A stretch of 64,000 nucleotides of DNA, from the NCBI GenBank assembly GCA_038891615.1, contig JAWADY010000001.1, positions 96,001 through 160,000 on the forward strand, given 5' to 3'. The position numbers and the translations under genes were made by a program. Under the pieces are notes generated by a model. It searched no databases. It saw only the letters and a list, made by a program, of their open reading frames with translations, and had not been told where the DNA came from. Positions 58,585 through 64,000 of the stretch are shown in pieces (within the stretch, counting starts at the first letter, position 1; every line of letters starts with the position of its first letter). The DNA is from Candidatus Woesearchaeota archaeon. Lineage in GTDB: Archaea; Nanobdellota; Nanobdellia; Woesearchaeales; ARS49.

Positions 58585-61100
58585 CACCCATCAGAGTCAA
58601 TGAGCTAGTCTTGCAGGTTACAAAGAACATTGATCCAGAGAAGTTGGACTTGGATAAGTATGAAGATTTTCTTGAGGAGCTTTGCGGGCATAGGGAATTC
58701 CAGAAAGAGGCAATAAGAACCGCTGTTAGGTTTCTCTTGAGTGGTGAATATAAAAATACAGAGGATTTGGCGAGAGAAAATTTTGAGAAAAATCCAGCGC
58801 TAAAGGAATATTATAGAAGCTTTGATAATTTTAGAAACAAGCTGGAATTTCCTGACAAGCTTGCTTGCACGATTGACTTGGCAACAGCAACAGGAAAAAG
58901 TTGGGTGATGTACGGAATTGCACAGATTCTCTTATGCGAAGGGGCTGTGGATCAGGTACTGATTTTATGCCCATCAAGAACTGTTAAGAGAGAACTCTTG
59001 AAGAAATTTGAAAAATTTGTGATTGATAAAAATCTTAGAGCGGCATTGCAGGACGAATCAATTCCTATAAAGGTAACTCCTAGCATAACAGATGCTTCAA
59101 GAACAATAAAGAAATGGGATATTTGCATAGATAATGTTCACAAAACTTACCATCACGTTACTTCTTCTGTTTCTGATAGCTTAAAAGGAAAGGGAGAAAG
59201 AACTCTTGTTCTGAATGATGAATCTCATCATATAATGAGTCCAGAAGCAGAATCTTACAAAGCAGACATAGAAGCAATGAAAGAATGGAAGAAATTCTTA
59301 CTAGATGAAAAATACAATTTCAAGTTCATTGTCGGTTTTACAGGAACACCTTACATAGGGAATGAATATGCACGAGATGTTGTTTATAGATATAGTATTA
59401 TGCAAGCAATGGAAGGGGATTTAGCAGGTAATTTTGTTATTAAAAAAGTAGAATATCTGAAGGAATCCAATGCTAAAACTTGGTCACAGAAATTAGAAGA
59501 GATTTACGCGAACCACCAGAGAAACAAGAAGATATGGGACAAGGCGGATAAGCACATTACAATTTTTGTAACTCAAACTATCAATAAAGCTGAGAAATTA
59601 GCAAATGAGATCAAGAATTTTCTTATTGATAAGGAAAAAATAACACTTGATAAAGCAGAGAAGAAAGTTTTGGTTGTAACATCAAGCCCAAAGCACGAAG
59701 CAAACAGGGAAATACTGAAGGAGGTTGATGATGCAAAAAATCCTGTTGAGTGGATTGTTTCTGTAAGTATGCTTAGTGAGGGCTGGGATGTAGACAATGT
59801 TTTCCAAATTGTTCCACATGAAGAAAGAGCTTTTAATTCAAAGTTGTTAATTGCGCAGGTTTTGGGTAGAGGATTAAGAGTTCCTAAGACTTATCTTTCT
59901 GAACAGCCAACCGTCATAGTTTACAACCATTACAAATGGGGAGAAGCAATAAGGGAACTAGTGGAAGAAGTAATGGATTATGAAAAAAGAGTAAGAAGTT
60001 ACATCGTAGACAAGGAAAAGGATTACAATTTTGAATTGCACAACATGAAATATGAAAAGATAGAGGTTCAAAAGAAATTACATCCTCAAAAAGGAAAATA
60101 CAAAATACCCAAGATTCCTGAGCTGAGCACGCAATCAGGTATCAAAAAATTAAGAACAACTTATTTCCAAATAAAAGAACAAAAAGAAAAGGAAGTAGTT
60201 ACGCAAATTCCAGTAAAATTGTACAGCATAGAAAGAACAGTTAACGACATTATCAATAAATTAGAAGAATTCTACGAAGAACGCGGAATGAAGTGTCCTT
60301 ATAAAATAGATAAACTAAAACTCAAAGCAGAAATAGAACATTCTTTAAAGAGAGCAGATCCTGAAAAGACTGGAATGCTTACTGAAGAGAACAAAAACAG
60401 AATAGAAAGAGCCTTTGATGTTTTGAAGAGGGAAGCAACCGGAACGACTGTAATAAAAAGAGTTTCCCAGGCACCTTACATAATAAAAACAAGAGATATC
60501 CCCACGGCAAGCGCAAAAGTTTCAGAGTTTCTAAAGAACAAAGCAATGGTTTATGAGGAAACTTCAATAAAACTATCTAAAAAGGAAGATAGAGAACTTA
60601 TAGAAGAGGCTAGCAACGAAGCTCCTCGCAAGAATGTGATTATTATAGAAAACAAATACTTGTTTAGATGCCCTTTGAATGTTGTAATTCTTTCTCATAA
60701 CAATGAAAGGGAGTTTGCAAGGTATTTAGCAATGCCAGAATATGCACAAAAAATAGATGCTTGGATTAAGTCTGTTGACAGAGGATTTTATGATGTTCCG
60801 TATACATATCGTAAAGGTTCTCATCAAGTTTGGGCAAAATTCAACCCAGACTTTTTTATCAAGATAGGAAAGGACATTTTAGTTGTAGAGATAAAATCTG
60901 ACGAAGATATCACCGAACAAAATAAAGCCAAATTGAAATATGCCAGAATTCACTTTGAAGAGTTGAATAAAAAGCAGAAGAAAGTCAAATATTATTTTAA
61001 GTTCCTTTCTCCACAGGATTTTCCACAGTTTTTTGAAGCCATAAAATCTGGAAATTATGCGAAATATACTAGTAATCTTGAAGCTGAATTAAGGGGTTGA
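58581..61100 (+). CDS. res: Type III restriction enzyme Res subunit (SF2 helicase + endonuclease)
   Basis: LATATGKS, LNDESHH, FTGTP, MLSEGWD, QVLGRGLR, C-terminal FNPDF...VEIKS. Confidence 0.9.
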   Translation: MTPIRVNELVLQVTKNIDPEKLDLDKYEDFLEELCGHREFQKEAIRTAVRFLLSGEYKNTEDLARENFEKNPALKEYYRSFDNFRNKLEFPDKLACTIDLATATGKSWVMYGIAQILLCEGAVDQVLILCPSRTVKRELLKKFEKFVIDKNLRAALQDESIPIKVTPSITDASRTIKKWDICIDNVHKTYHHVTSSVSDSLKGKGERTLVLNDESHHIMSPEAESYKADIEAMKEWKKFLLDEKYNFKFIVGFTGTPYIGNEYARDVVYRYSIMQAMEGDLAGNFVIKKVEYLKESNAKTWSQKLEEIYANHQRNKKIWDKADKHITIFVTQTINKAEKLANEIKNFLIDKEKITLDKAEKKVLVVTSSPKHEANREILKEVDDAKNPVEWIVSVSMLSEGWDVDNVFQIVPHEERAFNSKLLIAQVLGRGLRVPKTYLSEQPTVIVYNHYKWGEAIRELVEEVMDYEKRVRSYIVDKEKDYNFELHNMKYEKIEVQKKLHPQKGKYKIPKIPELSTQSGIKKLRTTYFQIKEQKEKEVVTQIPVKLYSIERTVNDIINKLEEFYEERGMKCPYKIDKLKLKAEIEHSLKRADPEKTGMLTEENKNRIERAFDVLKREATGTTVIKRVSQAPYIIKTRDIPTASAKVSEFLKNKAMVYEETSIKLSKKEDRELIEEASNEAPRKNVIIIENKYLFRCPLNVVILSHNNEREFARYLAMPEYAQKIDAWIKSVDRGFYDVPYTYRKGSHQVWAKFNPDFFIKIGKDILVVEIKSDEDITEQNKAKLKYARIHFEELNKKQKKVKYYFKFLSPQDFPQFFEAIKSGNYAKYTSNLEAELRG

Positions 61101-61233
61101 CAAGGGATAACTTAACCATACAACATAAGAAAATTGCCCTATCGCACCAATTCGGCTTAAGAATCATCACTCGTTATTGTGACAGAGAGGACATTCGTAA
61201 CTTTTATAAATCACACAAATCTCCATTTTTCAC

Positions 61234-61758
61234 ATGGCGAGACTTCGCAAGTTTGTGGCATACAGGCATCTTGAAACACCTTACACAAGGTTTAGCAAGT
61301 ATAAGAATAAAAACTATGTTAGGGCAAGGCCTGTCTGCAAGGTTGTACGTTTTTATGCAGGAGAGGTAGAAAAGCCTTTTGAGTACGAGTTGCAACTTGT
61401 TTCAAAGGACGACCTTCAAATAAGAGATAATGCCATTGAGTCAGCAAGGCAATGTTCAACAAGGGTCCTTGAAAAGGCTCTTGGGAAAACAGGCTATTTT
61501 CTCCAATGTAGGATATATCCTCATCATGTTCTTAGGGAAAACCCTCTTGCAACAGGGGCGGGTGCAGATAGAATGTCGACTGGAATGGCAAGGCCTTTTG
61601 GAAAATCAATTGGGATTGCTGCACAAATAAAAAAGGGTAAAATTCTCTTCATTGCACGCGTGAATAAGCAACATCTTGGACTAGCAAGAACAGCTCTTAA
61701 GCGTGCTGCTGGAAAGCTTCCCTGTTCCACTTCGATTCTTACCCTTAAATTGAAGTGA
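61234..61758 (+). CDS. rpl10e: 50S ribosomal protein L16/L10e (uL16)
   Basis: QIRDNAIESAR, YPHHVLREN, GAGADRMSTGM..PFGK, A..KLP. Confidence 0.95.
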   Translation: MARLRKFVAYRHLETPYTRFSKYKNKNYVRARPVCKVVRFYAGEVEKPFEYELQLVSKDDLQIRDNAIESARQCSTRVLEKALGKTGYFLQCRIYPHHVLRENPLATGAGADRMSTGMARPFGKSIGIAAQIKKGKILFIARVNKQHLGLARTALKRAAGKLPCSTSILTLKLK

Positions 61759-61798
61759 TGTGCTCTTTTGGAAAGCCTGACAAACTTAGGCGGTTTTT

Positions 61799-62815
61799 AT
61801 GAACAACGGACTTGAGGAAGAGTTAGAAAAGTTCAAAAATATAACCAAAACCATTTTTGCACATTATGCGAGATGGAACGGATATTCCTATACAGACTAT
61901 CTGAAGTTTCAGGAAGGGTTTACGGAAATTGTGAAGGCGCATGTAAGAAAAGAAAGACGCCTTGAGAACAAACTGCGCCCCTACCTAAAAAAATATTCGC
62001 AAGATTACATAGAAGATTTTAGGCAATGGGCCCTCTCTAGTGAAGAGTGCTTATTTAACGATGTAGCGAAGTCTGACAAAATTTTTGTTGGAGACTTTCA
62101 CACGGTAAAACAACCAAAAGAAATGCTACTCCAGATTGCGCAGGCGATTTTGAACAAAGGCAGGCCAGTAACAATCTGTCTTGAAATGGTACTTTCAAGA
62201 CAACAACAGCTTCTTGAAAGTTATTTGGCAGGCCGAGTGTCAGAGCGCGAATTTTTGAACAAGATTAATTATTATAAGGATTGGGGATTCTGTTGGCCTT
62301 ATTATAGGCAAATTTTCGAGTTCGCATCAAAACACAAAGAGATGGTAAAATTGGTTGGAATAGACTCTAACAGAAATGCTTTCAATTGTTATCTTAGGGA
62401 TGACCATGCTGCCAAAATCATTTACTCAGAAATCAAAAACAGCCCAGAAAGGGCTGTGATTGTATTCGCGGGAGATCTCCACATAGCCAGCAAACACTTG
62501 CCATACAAAACAAAAAAGCTGATTGGGCAGGATGCAAAAAGCTTGATTATATACCAAAACAAAAGTTCAATCTATTGGAGTCTTGGTAGGGAAGGAAAGT
62601 TGAAGGAGGAAGGGCTAATAAAAGGCGTTGTCAAGATTGGGGATAAAGGTTATTGCGTTTTAAACATTCACCCAGCGATAAAATGGTTTTCATATCTTGT
62701 TTGGGAAAAACAAAGGAAAATAAAATCAAAGACAGCAATTGAGAACATATACAAGAAATGCGCACAAATTGTCGAAGAGCTGTGCAAATGCAAAAAAGAC
62801 AAAAGTCTTAAATAA
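61799..62815 (+). CDS. ChaN/EreA-like superfamily protein
   Basis: IFVGDFH, CLEMV..QQ..L..YL.G..SE.EFL, WGF.W.YY..IF, RD, GDLH. Confidence 0.7.
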   Translation: MNNGLEEELEKFKNITKTIFAHYARWNGYSYTDYLKFQEGFTEIVKAHVRKERRLENKLRPYLKKYSQDYIEDFRQWALSSEECLFNDVAKSDKIFVGDFHTVKQPKEMLLQIAQAILNKGRPVTICLEMVLSRQQQLLESYLAGRVSEREFLNKINYYKDWGFCWPYYRQIFEFASKHKEMVKLVGIDSNRNAFNCYLRDDHAAKIIYSEIKNSPERAVIVFAGDLHIASKHLPYKTKKLIGQDAKSLIIYQNKSSIYWSLGREGKLKEEGLIKGVVKIGDKGYCVLNIHPAIKWFSYLVWEKQRKIKSKTAIENIYKKCAQIVEELCKCKKDKSLK

Positions 62816-62835
62816 GACATCTACTTATGGCCTTT

Positions 62836-62933
62836 TGCCGCGCAGGGCATCCTGGGGAGGTGATGCATAGTTGCAATGACTGTGTATTCCTCTTGGAGAT
62901 CGATGATTTCCAACCAGGCCTAGAGCAGCGGCA
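62836..62933 (+). ncRNA. Candidate structured small RNA (three-way junction), family unknown
   Basis: Nested stems TGCCGC/GCGGCA, CCTGG/CCAGG, GAGG..ATGCATAGTT/GACTGTGTAT..CCTC, TTGGAGATC/GATTTCCAA with G-U pairs on the + strand; AAAAGTCTTAAATA promoter-like element at 62801-62814. Confidence 0.6.
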
Positions 62934-62945
62934 CGTTATAATAAG

Positions 62946-63440
62946 TCAATCAAGTGTGGTAGTAAATTTTTCGCCTTCGAGGTGAAAAAGCCTTTTTACA
63001 AATTTTTTTTCTAAAACGGAATTGAGAACTCTACCGATGAAAAGCATGTGATCTCCTAGTTGAATCTCCTGTGCAAGTTGACATTCTAACCATCCTGCTG
63101 CTTCCTTCACAAGTGGTGCATCGATTTTCTCAGCCTGACCTTTTGTCAAACCAGCATCGCGCCACTTGTCAGTATGATGAAGATGAATGCTTCTTGCGCA
63201 TTTTATTGTAGCAGCCGCTAACTCAAAAGGAATAAAATTGACAACAAAACATCCTGCCTGGCGAAGTATCTCAATCTCTGCTTTGGCGCTTACTGCGATA
63301 AGATACATGGGAGGGTTCTGCGAGGCAGGGCAATGCCAAGTTACTGGAAAGAGTTCGTCATGCTCGAGTTCCTTTCCATGAATCACAGGTCTTCCTCTAC
63401 AACTGACAAGAATTATCTGCAAAGGATTATATATCAGCAT
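62946..63440 (-). CDS. Flavin reductase-like (split-barrel) protein
   Basis: W..PAS.NPP, FVVN, APLVKEA.GWLEC, GDH.LFIG.V. Confidence 0.85.
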   Translation of the reverse strand: MLIYNPLQIILVSCRGRPVIHGKELEHDELFPVTWHCPASQNPPMYLIAVSAKAEIEILRQAGCFVVNFIPFELAAATIKCARSIHLHHTDKWRDAGLTKGQAEKIDAPLVKEAAGWLECQLAQEIQLGDHMLFIGRVLNSVLEKKFVKRLFHLEGEKFTTTLD

Positions 63441-63978
63441 TCCATTTAATACCTCTTTTTAGTTGCTTTTTGCAAACAAAAATAAAATCTTTTTCTTGGT
63501 TTAACTCTTTTTCAATGAGAAACATCTTTCTTATTAGTTCTGTAAGGCGCGAGGCGTTCTTTGCTTTTTTCAATACTGTTATTGCTACCTTGCCTGTCGG
63601 CTTGCAAATTCTTCCCATTTCTTTTAGGGCGGTTGATGGCTCGTCAAAGTTGTGCAGTGCTGTAACACAGATTACAAAATCAAAAGAATTATCAGGAAAA
63701 GGAATTTGTTCAGCACGCGCTATTTTTACCTCAAAAGGGGCTTGTGCGGCAAGCTCTTTACAAGGCTCTATACCGATAAGCCTACACCGATTGGGGGCAA
63801 ACACCCTTGCCGAAAGTCCGATACCACAACCTACATCAAGAATAACATTCCCTTCTCGAGGCTTAAGCTCATCGGCTATTATTGAAAGTTTTTTTAGCTG
63901 TTCTTCACCATAGAGCTCTTCATAACCCGAAGCAATAGCGGCATAAAACTTGACCATGCCTGATTTTTGCGAGACCAT
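63427..63978 (-). CDS. Class I SAM-dependent methyltransferase
   Basis: ILDVGCGIG, AEQIPFPDNSFDFV, ALKEM.RI.K. Confidence 0.9.
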   Translation of the reverse strand: MVSQKSGMVKFYAAIASGYEELYGEEQLKKLSIIADELKPREGNVILDVGCGIGLSARVFAPNRCRLIGIEPCKELAAQAPFEVKIARAEQIPFPDNSFDFVICVTALHNFDEPSTALKEMGRICKPTGKVAITVLKKAKNASRLTELIRKMFLIEKELNQEKDFIFVCKKQLKRGIKWNADI

Positions 63979-64000
63979 TTTGATGCAGTTCAGAAACGCT

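Noticed and set aside
51922-61100. Integrated element at tRNA-Ser
   Set aside because: No integrase and no duplicated tRNA 3' end found by eye
61178-61195. TGTGAC-AGAGAG-GACATT upstream of the rpl10e TATA as a fourth operator
   Set aside because: The right half-site has two mismatches; too weak to call without a genome-wide matrix
61097-61369. 90-aa ORF after res
   Set aside because: Overlaps rpl10e and its promoter; no motif

Overview
Gene-dense, moderately AT-rich archaeal chromosome segment, most consistent with a DPANN (Woesearchaeota-like) genome. That assignment is an inference from the archaeal S3Ae, L10e, Bud32, SRP54, Dph6, Elp3, TPI and FtsZ genes, intron-containing tRNAs, TATA/BRE promoters about 25 nt before many ATGs, GGTGA-type RBSs, class III signal-peptide proteins and bacterial-type imports (gyrB, class II LysRS, GGDEF). 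The window holds about 57 CDS, three tRNAs (Leu-CAG; Pro-GGG and Ser-TGA with introns) and a type III R-M locus. No CRISPR array, rRNA or transposase was seen. Main leads: (1) a protein with two tandem Fis/NtrC-type HTH domains plus a TGTGAC-N6-GTCA(C/T)A palindrome at its own promoter, repeated as an identical 19-mer 48 kb away and degenerately at a third promoter, i.e. a candidate new regulon; (2) a 5-TM protein with an Hfq/Sm-like tail translationally coupled between type III mod and res; (3) an intact GGEEF diguanylate cyclase in an archaeon; (4) an unannotated ~98-nt three-way-junction RNA with its own TATA box; (5) a dead-Toprim / Thg1 / PD-(D/E)XK-like / arch-less FEN1 operon; (6) operator and hairpin elements upstream of ftsZ. 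All calls come from reading the sequence by eye; no searches were run.
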